A stretch of DNA of 64,000 nt from an uncultured Gemmatimonadaceae bacterium (GTDB lineage Bacteria; Gemmatimonadota; Gemmatimonadetes; Gemmatimonadales; Gemmatimonadaceae). The notes below the pieces were generated by a model. It did no database searches. It had not been told where the DNA came from and saw only the letters and a program-made list of their open reading frames with translations. The stretch covers positions 32,001-96,000 of the forward strand of contig CAWGJO010000036.1 of assembly GCA_963822945.1 (NCBI GenBank). The letters are read 5' to 3'. Positions 9,408 to 18,287 of the stretch are shown piece by piece (within the stretch, counting starts at the first letter, position 1; the number at the start of each line of letters is the position of its first letter). Position numbers and translations under genes: made by a program.

Positions 9408-10714
9408 CCGCCGAGTGGATGGTGTTCGCGCTCGCCGTCGGGTTGGCGCTCACGCTGGCCGCGCTGGCCGTGGAGCGCGCCGGACGCACCCTGCGACTGC
9501 CCGGACGGATGGTCTGGTTCGCGACGATCGCTGCGACGACGATCTGGCCGCTGGTGGCGTTCGTCTGGGTGCGGCGCTTGGCGGCGAACGGAGTTGGTCC
9601 GGCGGCGTTGGCGCTCCCCTTCTCCATCGATGTGGCGCGCATGGTTCCGGCGCCGTCAGTGTCGGCGGCGGCGTTCACGCCGCTTCGCGCACTGAACGTG
9701 GCACTCCTCTCCATCTGGGCAATCTGGTCAGGCGTTCTTCTCGTACGCATGGCACTCGCCGTGGCCGGTGTCGCCCGCCGCCGATCGAGCTGGCCGCGCG
9801 AGACGCTGGATGGCGAGCGCATTCGAGTCTCGCCCGACCTGGGGCCGGCAGTGGTGGGTGTGCTCCAACCCGAAATCGTGCTTCCCGAGTGGACGCTCTC
9901 GCTCGACGCCCCGTTCCGGACGCTCATGCTCCGGCACGAGGTTGAACATCGCGATGCCGGCGATCCGCGGCTGCTGTTCGCGGCGGCCGCCTGTCTGGTG
10001 CTCGCCCCGTGGAATCTGACGCTCTGGTATCAGGCGCGGCGGTTGCGGCTGGCCGTGGAAATGGATTGCGATGACCGGGTGCTGGCGCGGCACGCAGAGC
10101 ACGACCGGTACGGACGATTGCTGATCACTATTGCGCAGCGGCAGAGCAATCTACCGCCAGCGCTGGCGCCGACTCTCTCCGAGCCGGTGACGCATCTCGA
10201 ACGGAGGATCCGAGCCATGATGAGCATGCCGAGGCCATTCGCGCACCTGCGCGCCGCGAGTCTTGCACTGGTGGGCGCGGCAGCCGTGGCCGCCGCCTGC
10301 GCGGTGCATACCCCCGATCAGGTGTCTGGTCCCGCGCAATCGCCCGCCGACAGAGCGGCGATGGCGGCCGACCCGAACCACGTGTTCTACTCGTACCAGG
10401 TCGACAAGCAGGTGGCGCTCTTGCCAAGCGATGCGGGCCCGCAATACCCCGTGCTGCTACGTCAGGCGAAGGTAGAGGGCGACGTGGTCGCATCGTTCGT
10501 CGTCGACCCGGACGGCCGCGCGGATACGGCGACATTCACGGTCATCAAGTCCACGCATGCACTGTTCACGCAAGCCGTGAGGCAGGCGCTGCCCCACTGG
10601 AGATTCGTTCCCGCCGAAATTCAGGGACACCCAGTGAAGCAGCTCGTGCAGCAGCCGTTCGTGTTCCGGCTGAAGGACGGGCCGGCCGATACGAGCCGGA
10701 CGGGAAGGCTGTAG
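9404..10714 (+). CDS. M56 (BlaR1-type) membrane metallopeptidase fused to a TonB C-terminal domain
   Basis: N-terminal TM helices, GPAVVG..P.IVLP, HEVEH zinc motif, EMDCDD, HLERRI. C-terminal PQYP...EGDVVASFVVDPDGR...WRFVPA...PVKQLVQQPFVF is TonB_C-like. Confidence 0.88.
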   Translation: MTAEWMVFALAVGLALTLAALAVERAGRTLRLPGRMVWFATIAATTIWPLVAFVWVRRLAANGVGPAALALPFSIDVARMVPAPSVSAAAFTPLRALNVALLSIWAIWSGVLLVRMALAVAGVARRRSSWPRETLDGERIRVSPDLGPAVVGVLQPEIVLPEWTLSLDAPFRTLMLRHEVEHRDAGDPRLLFAAAACLVLAPWNLTLWYQARRLRLAVEMDCDDRVLARHAEHDRYGRLLITIAQRQSNLPPALAPTLSEPVTHLERRIRAMMSMPRPFAHLRAASLALVGAAAVAAACAVHTPDQVSGPAQSPADRAAMAADPNHVFYSYQVDKQVALLPSDAGPQYPVLLRQAKVEGDVVASFVVDPDGRADTATFTVIKSTHALFTQAVRQALPHWRFVPAEIQGHPVKQLVQQPFVFRLKDGPADTSRTGRL

Positions 10715-10729
10715 CCCGCCGGCGTAGGA

Positions 10730-11746
10730 CTACACCGGGTCGGAGGTATCTGCCAGCCCATCCGCGATGGCCCCGGCATCGCGCATCGCGGCATCCAGCG
10801 CCCGCTTGGGCCACGCTTTCCGATAGGCCGTGAACGCCCTGTTCGCGTCGCGATGCGCGCGGCGCGCGACTTCCAGCAACCCGGCCCGCTGTCCGCGACG
10901 CGAGCCACCGCGTGCCGCAACGGACGTCACGAGATCCGGCTCCACCGCCGCCATCGCGCGGCGCCGCGCATTGGTGCTCGCGATCTCCTCGACTTCGTGC
11001 AGGATGCGCTCGGCGAGCAGTTGCGCGTCGTGGAACTCGCCAAGGCGATCCTGCAACTCCGTGAGCCGCGCGATCAGGTCGGCCGCCCGCGCATCGGCAT
11101 CGAGCGGTTCGAGCAGGTAGCGCAGCCGCTTGGCGGCAATGCGCGCGCGATGCGCCGCGCCGACGTCGTGCACCGCGCGGGCGCGCTTCACCGCGCGCGC
11201 GAAGCGCTTGGTGTGCGAGCGGAGCAGCCTGGCGGTGAGTTCATGCATGGGCGGCTCGGAAGGCGCACCATCCACGGGCACACGCAGCCAGTAGCTGCCC
11301 AACTGGCGTTCCAGCCGGCGCATGGCCCGCGGCAGCCGGGCGGCCAGGAACTCGTCGACGGCGTGCGCGCTCTGCATGCGCTCGTCCGTCATCCGGTCGA
11401 CCAGTTCGCGATGCCCACGCGCCGCGGCGAGGGGCACCTCCCGCTGCGCCTCGAGCCAGGCCAGCGACACCTCGGCGTCGCGCGCCGCGTTGGTGGCGTG
11501 TGCCAGCTTGGCGAATGCCCGGCGCGACTTGCGGGTGACGGTGTCGTCGAGCGCCGGCCGGTACGCCTTGAGCCAACTTCGCAGACGGCGCAGGGCGACC
11601 CGCACGTCGTGCAGTGCCTGCGGGTCGTCGCTGCCCAGCCGAAGCTGCGCGGCCCTCACGGCCTCGAGCCGCATCCGTGCGATCTCCCGCGCGGCGCGCT
11701 GGGCCGGCTCGGTGAGCAGATCGGGGGTCAGTTGCGGCGTCGACAT
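10730..11746 (-). CDS. CHAD domain-containing (polyphosphate-binding) protein
   Basis: LHDVRVALRRLRS, ARDAEV, HRARIAAKRLRY and LQDRLGEFHD motifs. Directly downstream of ppk2. Confidence 0.9.
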   Translation of the reverse strand: MSTPQLTPDLLTEPAQRAAREIARMRLEAVRAAQLRLGSDDPQALHDVRVALRRLRSWLKAYRPALDDTVTRKSRRAFAKLAHATNAARDAEVSLAWLEAQREVPLAAARGHRELVDRMTDERMQSAHAVDEFLAARLPRAMRRLERQLGSYWLRVPVDGAPSEPPMHELTARLLRSHTKRFARAVKRARAVHDVGAAHRARIAAKRLRYLLEPLDADARAADLIARLTELQDRLGEFHDAQLLAERILHEVEEIASTNARRRAMAAVEPDLVTSVAARGGSRRGQRAGLLEVARRAHRDANRAFTAYRKAWPKRALDAAMRDAGAIADGLADTSDPV

Positions 11747-11750
11747 CGCG

Positions 11751-12551
11751 TCACCGGATCTTCAGCCGGAGAATGGACGGGTCGCCCTTGGGATAGCGGA
11801 GGTTGAGCCCGTCGAGCGCCTCGAGAATCACCTCCGCCACGAGCCAGTTGCGGACCTTCTTGTCGTCGGCCGGCACGAAGTACCAGGGTGCCCGCTTGGT
11901 GCTGCACTTGCGCAGGGCATCGCGATACGCGGACGTGAACGCCCCCCAACGCCGGCGATCTTCCAGATCGCCCACGTTGAACTTCCAGTTCTTGGTGGGA
12001 TCGGTGAGCCGGTCGGTGAGCCGGCGCCGTTGCTCGGCCCGCGAGACGTGGAGGAAGAACTTGAGGATCACCACTCCATTCTCGGTGAGCATCCGCTCGA
12101 AGTCGTTGATCTGCCGGTAACGATCGTGCCACACCTTGCGCGGGACGAGTCCGCGCACGCGTTCCACGAGCACGTCCTCGTAGTGCGACCGGTTGAAGAT
12201 CCCGATCATGCCCCGCGCCGGCACCCGCTCGTGCACGCGCCAGAGGTAGTCGTGTCGCAGCTCGAGATGGGTGGGCTCCTTGAAGCTGGTGACCTCGCAG
12301 CCCTGCGGATTGACGGCCCCGAACACGTGGCGGATGGTACCGTCCTTGCCGGCGGCGTCGCGCCCCTGGAGCACGATGAGCAGCGCGTGCCGGGCGTCGG
12401 CATAGAATACCCGCTGCAGCCGCGCGATGCGCTCCGTCTGCTTGTGGATCTCGCGGTCGAGGGCGTCGTTGGAAGGCGCGTCGCGCGGCGGGCGCGCGTC
12501 GGCGGCGCCGAGGCGGAGCTTGGTGTGTGGAGTGATCGGGCGGAGGGGCAT
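11751..12551 (-). CDS. ppk2: Polyphosphate kinase 2 family (polyphosphate:nucleotide phosphotransferase)
   Basis: LQGRDAAGKDGTI, HDYLWR, FNRSHYEDVL, KNWKF..GDL, APWYFVPADDK. Confidence 0.92.
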   Translation of the reverse strand: MPLRPITPHTKLRLGAADARPPRDAPSNDALDREIHKQTERIARLQRVFYADARHALLIVLQGRDAAGKDGTIRHVFGAVNPQGCEVTSFKEPTHLELRHDYLWRVHERVPARGMIGIFNRSHYEDVLVERVRGLVPRKVWHDRYRQINDFERMLTENGVVILKFFLHVSRAEQRRRLTDRLTDPTKNWKFNVGDLEDRRRWGAFTSAYRDALRKCSTKRAPWYFVPADDKKVRNWLVAEVILEALDGLNLRYPKGDPSILRLKIR

Positions 12552-12655
12552 GCGGGGGAGCATACCCGGAATTTCCACCGATGTCACGGGACGACAGCCC
12601 GCCGTATCCAGCCGGCTGCCGACCGCGAACCGCTAGCCGGTCACGGCCGGCCGGT

Positions 12656-12829
12656 TCAGAATTCCCGGCGCTTCATCTCTTTGAAGAAGCGCGTCCGCTC
12701 TTCGCTGTCGTCCTCGTCGGGACTGCGCGTAGCGTCGAGGGTCGGATCGTACGTCCGCCGCTTGCCCTTGGGCGCCGCCACCCGTGCGGCGTTCTTACGG
12801 GCCAGCGCCTCCAACTGCTTGTCGTCCAT
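12656..12829 (-). CDS. Small charged hypothetical protein (57 aa)
   Basis: GAGG RBS before ATG at 12829, protein-like composition (MDDKQLEALARKNAA...FFKEMKRREF), fills an intergenic gap. Confidence 0.65.
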   Translation of the reverse strand: MDDKQLEALARKNAARVAAPKGKRRTYDPTLDATRSPDEDDSEERTRFFKEMKRREF

Positions 12830-12973
12830 GGTGTCCTCTGCGCCCACCGGCCGGGCGCGTACGGGTTTCTCCAATCCGGGGACCGGGCTTCCCGCCGGTC
12901 CCCCGAAATCTAGCGCGACCGGCGCGCGAGGGCGAAAGGACCGGGGCCAGGCGCGCGCCGTCCCCGGATCCCC

Positions 12974-13510
12974 CTACGCCGACTCCGCCAAAAGGAGTTC
13001 GACGCAGACAGGACATGCCCCATGGGTGATCCGCGGCACCGAGCCGCCGGCGAACAGACCGAGCCGCCGGACGGCGTCCTCCGGCTCCACCCACTCGTCC
13101 AGATGCACGCGCTTGCACCAGCTGCACATGGCGAGCAACTCGTTCCCGCGCGGCGCGTGCGCGTCGATGAGCCACATGGGCGTCCGGTCACGCTCGGCGA
13201 TCACCCGCGTGGTACAGGCAATTCCCGCCGCGCCTCGCGGCGCCAACTCCAACTCGAACTCGCGGATCCGCCGGGGCGCGTCGCACCGATACGGTACATG
13301 CAGCGTGCGGCCCTCCCGCACCCGGGCGAAGAGCGCCCGGTAGATCTGCGCGATCTCGTTGCCCGCGATATAGGGCCAGAGCGACGTCCCGACGACGCGG
13401 CCGGGAAGATTCGGCGCGTCGTTCTCGTTCGCGAAGGCGCGCCACCGGTCGTCGACCCACTCCACACGATCGTCGGCATCGAGCCAGTACACGGAGTGGA
13501 TATCGGCCAT
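12974..13510 (-). CDS. PAS-like domain protein with C-terminal CxxC...HxxCxxC metal-binding motif
   Basis: YWLDADDRVEWVDDRWRAFA...VGTSLW..I (PAS-like), YRCDAP, MCSWCKRV...ITHGACPVC. Confidence 0.75.
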   Translation of the reverse strand: MADIHSVYWLDADDRVEWVDDRWRAFANENDAPNLPGRVVGTSLWPYIAGNEIAQIYRALFARVREGRTLHVPYRCDAPRRIREFELELAPRGAAGIACTTRVIAERDRTPMWLIDAHAPRGNELLAMCSWCKRVHLDEWVEPEDAVRRLGLFAGGSVPRITHGACPVCVELLLAESA

Positions 13511-13514
13511 CTGC

Positions 13515-14753
13515 TCAGGCGGCGCTCGCCGGCGCTACGGCTTCGCGCTCCGGGCGCGTGGTACGCCAGGCCACGCCGATCCCCACGACCAGGAATGCCG
13601 CGGCCAGCAGGAAGGGGGCCCCGGGCAGATGCCACGCGCGCTCGGGCCCGATGAATTGCGCGAAGGTGAAGGCGAACAACGCCGGTCCCACCATGCCGGT
13701 GATGCCGGTAATGCTGCTGTTCGCCCCCTGGAGCTGGCCCTGCTCCGACGCGCTCACGCGGCGCGTCATCAACCCCTGCACCGACGGTCCGTAGAAACCC
13801 ATGGTGGCCGAGACGGCGATGCCGACCCAGAACACCCATGGCGTGCTCGCCACCCCGAAGAGCACCAAGCCCACGGTGCCGCCGATGAGTCCGAGCAGCA
13901 GCGAGCGGCGATGGCCCAACCGTGCGACGACGGGGCGCACCAGGCCGCCCTGCACGATGGCGGTGGCGAGCCCGACGCCGGCCAGCGTGAGGCCGATGGT
14001 CCGCTCGCCCCATCCGTAGCGGTACCCCACGTACAGCACGTACACGCTGGGCAGCACCTGGTGCGCCATGTAGTACATGAAGTTCACGGTGGCCAGGCCG
14101 AGCAGCTCGCGGTGCGACCGGAGCAGCTTGAGCGACCCCACCGGGCTCGCGCGACGGAAGTCGAGCGGACGCCGGTTCTCGGGGGCCAGCGATTCCGGGA
14201 GCACGAAGATTCCGTACATGGCGTTCAGCAGGGTGAGCGCCGCCGCCACATAGAAGGGCAGACGCAGATTGACCGATCCGAGCACGCCCCCCATGGCCGG
14301 ACCGAGCACGAATCCCAATCCCCAGGCCGCTCCGATGATGCCGAATCCGTGCGCGCGCTTCTCGGCCGGCAGCACGTCGGCGATGTACGCGCCGGCCGGC
14401 GTGAAGCTCGCCCCGGCGATCCCGGAAACGATTCTCCCCAGGAACAGCCAGGCCAGCGTCGGCGACACCGCCATCAGCAGGTAGTCGAAGCCGAGCGCGA
14501 AGTTGGAGATGAGGATCACGGGGCGGCGGCCGTAGCGGTCGGACAGGACGCCCATCACGGGCGAGAACACGAACTGCATGGCCGCCCACACGGTGCCGAA
14601 CACGCCGAAGATCTCGGCGGCGTTGGCAGTGTTGCCCCCCATGAACTGCTTGATGAGCTCGGGGAGCACGGGCAACATCACGCCCAACGCCAGCACGTCG
14701 AGCACAACCGTGATGAAGATGAAGGTGATGGCGGGTCGGCGGTCTCTAGTCAC
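13515..14753 (-). CDS. TCR/Tet (TetA-like, DHA1) MFS efflux transporter
   Basis: About 12 TM segments, GVLSDRYGRRPV motif A, LGRIVSGIAGA, GFVLGPAMGG, LPESL, QGQLQG. GTG start at 14753. Confidence 0.9.
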   Translation of the reverse strand: MTRDRRPAITFIFITVVLDVLALGVMLPVLPELIKQFMGGNTANAAEIFGVFGTVWAAMQFVFSPVMGVLSDRYGRRPVILISNFALGFDYLLMAVSPTLAWLFLGRIVSGIAGASFTPAGAYIADVLPAEKRAHGFGIIGAAWGLGFVLGPAMGGVLGSVNLRLPFYVAAALTLLNAMYGIFVLPESLAPENRRPLDFRRASPVGSLKLLRSHRELLGLATVNFMYYMAHQVLPSVYVLYVGYRYGWGERTIGLTLAGVGLATAIVQGGLVRPVVARLGHRRSLLLGLIGGTVGLVLFGVASTPWVFWVGIAVSATMGFYGPSVQGLMTRRVSASEQGQLQGANSSITGITGMVGPALFAFTFAQFIGPERAWHLPGAPFLLAAAFLVVGIGVAWRTTRPEREAVAPASAA

Positions 14754-14898
14754 GTGGATTGGCGGGCTGAAGGCGTCCTCAAGATAGCATTCGTCCCCGG
14801 CCGGCGGAGCCAAGATCGCATTCGGTAGCGCGGCCCGCCGGAGGCGCGGTATCTTCCTCGTCCTTCGCCACCCCGCGCCACCGGCCCGTCGAGCGACC

Positions 14899-16065
14899 AT
14901 GACTTTTCACGACATTCCTGTCCTGCCTGGCGGCTTCCGCTGCGCCAGCCGCAACATCGGGCTCAAGCCCAAGGCGAAGGATCTCGCGCTCTTCGTGAGC
15001 GACACCGACGCCGCGGCGGCGGCCATGTTCACGCGCAACCAATTCCCCGGCGCGCCCGTGGTCCTCGGCCGCGCCACCATCAGGGGCGGCCTGCTTCGCG
15101 CCATCGTGGTCAACAGCAAGGTGAGCAACGTGGCCACGGGCGCCGCGGGCGTGGAGAACGCGCGCCGCATGGCCGCGGCGGCGGCCGCCGAAGTGGGGAC
15201 CGACGCCGGGCGCGTGCTCGTGAGTTCCACCGGCGTGATCGGGGTGCCGCTGCCCATCGAGAAGATCGAGCGGGGGCTGCGCGGCATGGCGGCCGAGTTG
15301 CAGCAAGATCCGATCGTCGGGGTCCACGGCATGATGACCACCGACACGCACCCCAAAGCGCTCTCGCTGTCCGTGGGGGATGCGACCATCACCTGGGTGG
15401 CCAAGGGCTCGGGGATGATCGAACCCAACATGGCGACGATGCTGGTCTACATCTTCACCGACGCCACGTTCGATGCGCCGACGCTGGACCGCATGCTGCG
15501 GCGCGCGGTGCATGTGTCGTTCAATATGCTGAGCGTGGACAGCGACACGAGCACGTCGGACACGTGCGCCCTGCTGGCCAACGGGATCGCCGGCGCGGTG
15601 GCGGAATCCGACTTTCAGGAGGCGCTCACCGCCGGCTGCATCCGCATGGCCGAGACACTGGCCCGCGACGGCGAGGGTGCCAAGCACCTGGTACGCGTCA
15701 TCGTGCGAGGCGCGGCGAGCGAGCGGGATGCCCGCACCGTGGCCAAGTCGCTGGTCAATTCGCCGCTGGTGAAGACGATGGTCGCCGGCGCCGATCCGAA
15801 CGTCGGGCGGCTGCTGATGGCCGTGGGCAAGTGCTTCGACTGCACCATCCGCCCGGAAGCCACGGATGTGGCGATCAACGACCACGCCGTGGTGCGCGCC
15901 GGCACGCGCGCGGACTTCGACGAAGCGAAGCTCCGCGCGACCTTGAAGGAGGAGGTGGTGAACCTCGAGGTGTCGCTGGGCGTGGGCGACGCGAGTGCCA
16001 CGGCGTTCGGCTGCGATCTGACGCAGGGGTATATCGACGAGAACGCGGCGTATTACTCCAGTTAG
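14899..16065 (+). CDS. argJ: Glutamate N-acetyltransferase / ornithine acetyltransferase ArgJ
   Basis: FTRN, SSTGVIG, MTTDT, KGSGMIEPNMATML (autocleavage site), DSDTSTSD, ARDGEGA, SPLVKT, GCDLT. Confidence 0.95.
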   Translation: MTFHDIPVLPGGFRCASRNIGLKPKAKDLALFVSDTDAAAAAMFTRNQFPGAPVVLGRATIRGGLLRAIVVNSKVSNVATGAAGVENARRMAAAAAAEVGTDAGRVLVSSTGVIGVPLPIEKIERGLRGMAAELQQDPIVGVHGMMTTDTHPKALSLSVGDATITWVAKGSGMIEPNMATMLVYIFTDATFDAPTLDRMLRRAVHVSFNMLSVDSDTSTSDTCALLANGIAGAVAESDFQEALTAGCIRMAETLARDGEGAKHLVRVIVRGAASERDARTVAKSLVNSPLVKTMVAGADPNVGRLLMAVGKCFDCTIRPEATDVAINDHAVVRAGTRADFDEAKLRATLKEEVVNLEVSLGVGDASATAFGCDLTQGYIDENAAYYSS

Positions 16066-16087
16066 ACAGTCGGACAGTCGGACAGTC
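16058..16087 (+). repeat. Octamer tandem array (ACAGTCGG)n, about 3.7 units, overlapping the argJ stop
   Basis: CCAGTTAG ACAGTCGG ACAGTCGG ACAGTC. Confidence 0.8.
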
Positions 16088-16130
16088 AAGAAGCGACCCC
16101 TACCCCTCCCCGGTTCCCGCGCGGCGTTGC

Positions 16131-16571
16131 ATGCGACTCTGGAGTCTCCATCCCCGATATCTCGATCCCGCCGGCCTGGTGGCCGTGTGGCGTGAAGGGC
16201 TGTTGGCGCGGGCGGTGCTCGCCGGCCAGACCAAGGGATACACGCACCACCCGCAGCTGGCGCGGTTCAGAGAGGCCCGAGCGCCGCTGTCCGCCATCGA
16301 CACGTATCTCGCCGCCATCTGCGACGAGGCCGACCGGCGCGGCTACCACTTCGACCGTGGCAAGCTCGGCCGCGGCCGTACCAGAACCAGGCTGGCCGTG
16401 CGTCGTGGGCAGCTCGAATTCGAACTGGGACACCTGACGCGAAAGGTGCGGGCACGCCGCCGCGCATGGCTGAAGGAGATGCCGAGCGGGCGCTCCATCG
16501 TGCCGCACCCGTTGTTCGAGGCGGTGCCGGGCGGAGTGGAAGAGTGGGAGCGAGGGGGAGAGAAGGGGTGA
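16131..16571 (+). CDS. Pyrimidine dimer DNA glycosylase / endonuclease V family protein
   Basis: MRLWSLHPRYLD..GLVAVWREGLLA..VL.G.TKGY.HHPQL.RF...EA..RGYHFD is the characteristic family signature. Confidence 0.88.
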   Translation: MRLWSLHPRYLDPAGLVAVWREGLLARAVLAGQTKGYTHHPQLARFREARAPLSAIDTYLAAICDEADRRGYHFDRGKLGRGRTRTRLAVRRGQLEFELGHLTRKVRARRRAWLKEMPSGRSIVPHPLFEAVPGGVEEWERGGEKG

Positions 16572-16590
16572 AGGGTTAAGGCCAAGGGAC

Positions 16591-16629
16591 AAAAGGCGGG
16601 GTGGACGGCAACGCCGTCCACCCCGCCTT
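16591..16629. terminator. Rho-independent terminator between convergent genes
   Basis: Perfect 17-bp stem AAGGCGGGGTGGACGGC-AAC-GCCGTCCACCCCGCCTT, with an AAAA flank giving a U-tract on the minus strand. Confidence 0.75.
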
Positions 16630-16636
16630 CCGATTC

Positions 16637-16705
16637 CCGACTGTCCGACTGTCCGACTGTCTAACTGTCCGACTGTCTAACTGTCCGACTGTCCGACTGT
16701 CCGAC
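16637..16705 (-). repeat. Octamer tandem array (CCGACTGT)n, 8 units plus partial, inverted relative to 16058-16087
   Basis: 6x CCGACTGT and 2x CTAACTGT variant. Confidence 0.92.
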
Positions 16706-16710
16706 CGGCT

Positions 16711-18243
16711 TCAATTCCGCGACGTCTTATCAATGAACGCCGCCACGTTCTTCTTGAAGTTCGCGAGCGACGGCTCGTGCACGTACACCATGTGTCCCGA
16801 CTCGTACTCGGCGAACGTGATCTGGCTGCGGACCTGCTTCGGCACGCCGAGGTGGTCCATCGTCCACTCGGCGGCGTAGTACGGCGTGGCGAGATCGTAC
16901 AGCCCGCTGTTCAGCAGCACGTGGAGCTTCGGGTTCACGCTCAGTTCCTGCGCCAAATCGACGGCCACGTTCGTATGCCCCGGCCACCCACGGCTCTGCC
17001 CGTGCGTCCAGTCCCACGGATTCACGTTGCCGCTGGTGGCGTAGAGCATGTTCCGTCCGTAGTTCAGGTCCTGGTGCATGTAGTTGTTGAACAACGACTG
17101 GTACGCGGAGCTGATGGCGGCCGACTGCGGATCGTACGGCGCATCCTCGGCCAGCAGATCGCCCGTCTCGCCCACGAATCGCGCGTCGAGCCGGCCCACG
17201 ACCTGCCCCTTCTCGCGCAACAGTTCCTTCTCGAACTGGCTGGCGTCCACGCGAAGGTCGGCCTTGTCGAGATAGTCGCGGCTGAGCCCCGTGTACTGAT
17301 GCAGCTTGTCGAGCACCGCATTCCGCTCGGCGGCCGACAGGTTGTCGCCCTGCATGAGCGCCGTGGCGTATTCGTGCGTGGCGTAGTGCTCCACTTCCTT
17401 GAGGAAGGGACGGAGCTGCGCCGGCTTGTTGGGCAGGGCGTTGTGATACCACGCCACCGCGGCGTACGACGGCAGATAGAGCACGAAGGGCTCGTCGTTG
17501 CCGGGATCGAAGGTGATGGTCTGGAAGTCCAGCACCGCCGATAGCAGGATCACGCCGTTGAGGTCCACGCTGCGCCGCTGGAGCACCGCCGAGAGGGCCG
17601 CCGACCGTGTGGTGCCGTAGCTCTCGCCCATCAGATAGCGCGGGGAGTTCCAACGGTCGGTCTCGCTCAGGTAGCGGCTCACGAACTGCGCCAGCGAGTT
17701 CGCATCCTGATCCACGCCCCAGAAGTCCGACCCCTTACCCTTGCCGATTGGTTTGCTGTAGCCGGTGCCGACGGGGTCGATGAACACGAGATCGGCCTTG
17801 TCGAGCATGCTGTATTCGTTGTCCACCAGCTTGTACGGCGGCGGCGGGGCGTGGACGCCGTCGGGGATGTCCACGCGCTTGGGGCCGAGCAGGCCCATGT
17901 GCACCCAGATGGACGACGAGCCCGGTCCGCCGTTGTACGCGAACATGATCGGCCGGCGCGACTCGTCGGTCACGCCGCGCTTGGTATAGGCGGTGTAGTA
18001 GATCTCACCCGTGGGCTCGTTCTGGTTGTTGCGGATGATGATCGTGCCCACGGTCGCGTCGTAGTCCACCCGCTGGCCGCCGATGCTGGCTGAGTGCTGG
18101 GTGACGACGTGGACCTGGGCAGGCGCGGTGGTGTCGCGGGCCGCGGGAGGTGTCGCCTCGGGACGCGCGCCGCCGCGCTGGGCGAAGGCGGTGGCGGGAA
18201 TGGCGAGCGCGGCGACGAGAAGGGAGGTTCGGGAGAGATTCAT
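16711..18243 (-). CDS. S10 family serine carboxypeptidase, exported
   Basis: Signal peptide (AFA-Q), FAYNGGPGSSS, DLVFIDPVGTGYS, GESYGT nucleophile, GLYDLATP, YESGHM. Confidence 0.92.
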   Translation of the reverse strand: MNLSRTSLLVAALAIPATAFAQRGGARPEATPPAARDTTAPAQVHVVTQHSASIGGQRVDYDATVGTIIIRNNQNEPTGEIYYTAYTKRGVTDESRRPIMFAYNGGPGSSSIWVHMGLLGPKRVDIPDGVHAPPPPYKLVDNEYSMLDKADLVFIDPVGTGYSKPIGKGKGSDFWGVDQDANSLAQFVSRYLSETDRWNSPRYLMGESYGTTRSAALSAVLQRRSVDLNGVILLSAVLDFQTITFDPGNDEPFVLYLPSYAAVAWYHNALPNKPAQLRPFLKEVEHYATHEYATALMQGDNLSAAERNAVLDKLHQYTGLSRDYLDKADLRVDASQFEKELLREKGQVVGRLDARFVGETGDLLAEDAPYDPQSAAISSAYQSLFNNYMHQDLNYGRNMLYATSGNVNPWDWTHGQSRGWPGHTNVAVDLAQELSVNPKLHVLLNSGLYDLATPYYAAEWTMDHLGVPKQVRSQITFAEYESGHMVYVHEPSLANFKKNVAAFIDKTSRN

Positions 18244-18287
18244 GAGGCGGATGGTGTGGGGGGTTGAAACCATGAGGCGGTGAGGGA

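Noticed and set aside
13515..14753. Acquired tetracycline-resistance determinant
   Set aside because: TetA-like family only. There is no tetR and no mobile context, so substrate cannot be inferred.
16131..16571. Prophage remnant suggested by the T4 endonuclease V-like gene
   Set aside because: No phage structural, integrase or replication genes nearby, and the family also occurs in bacterial chromosomes.
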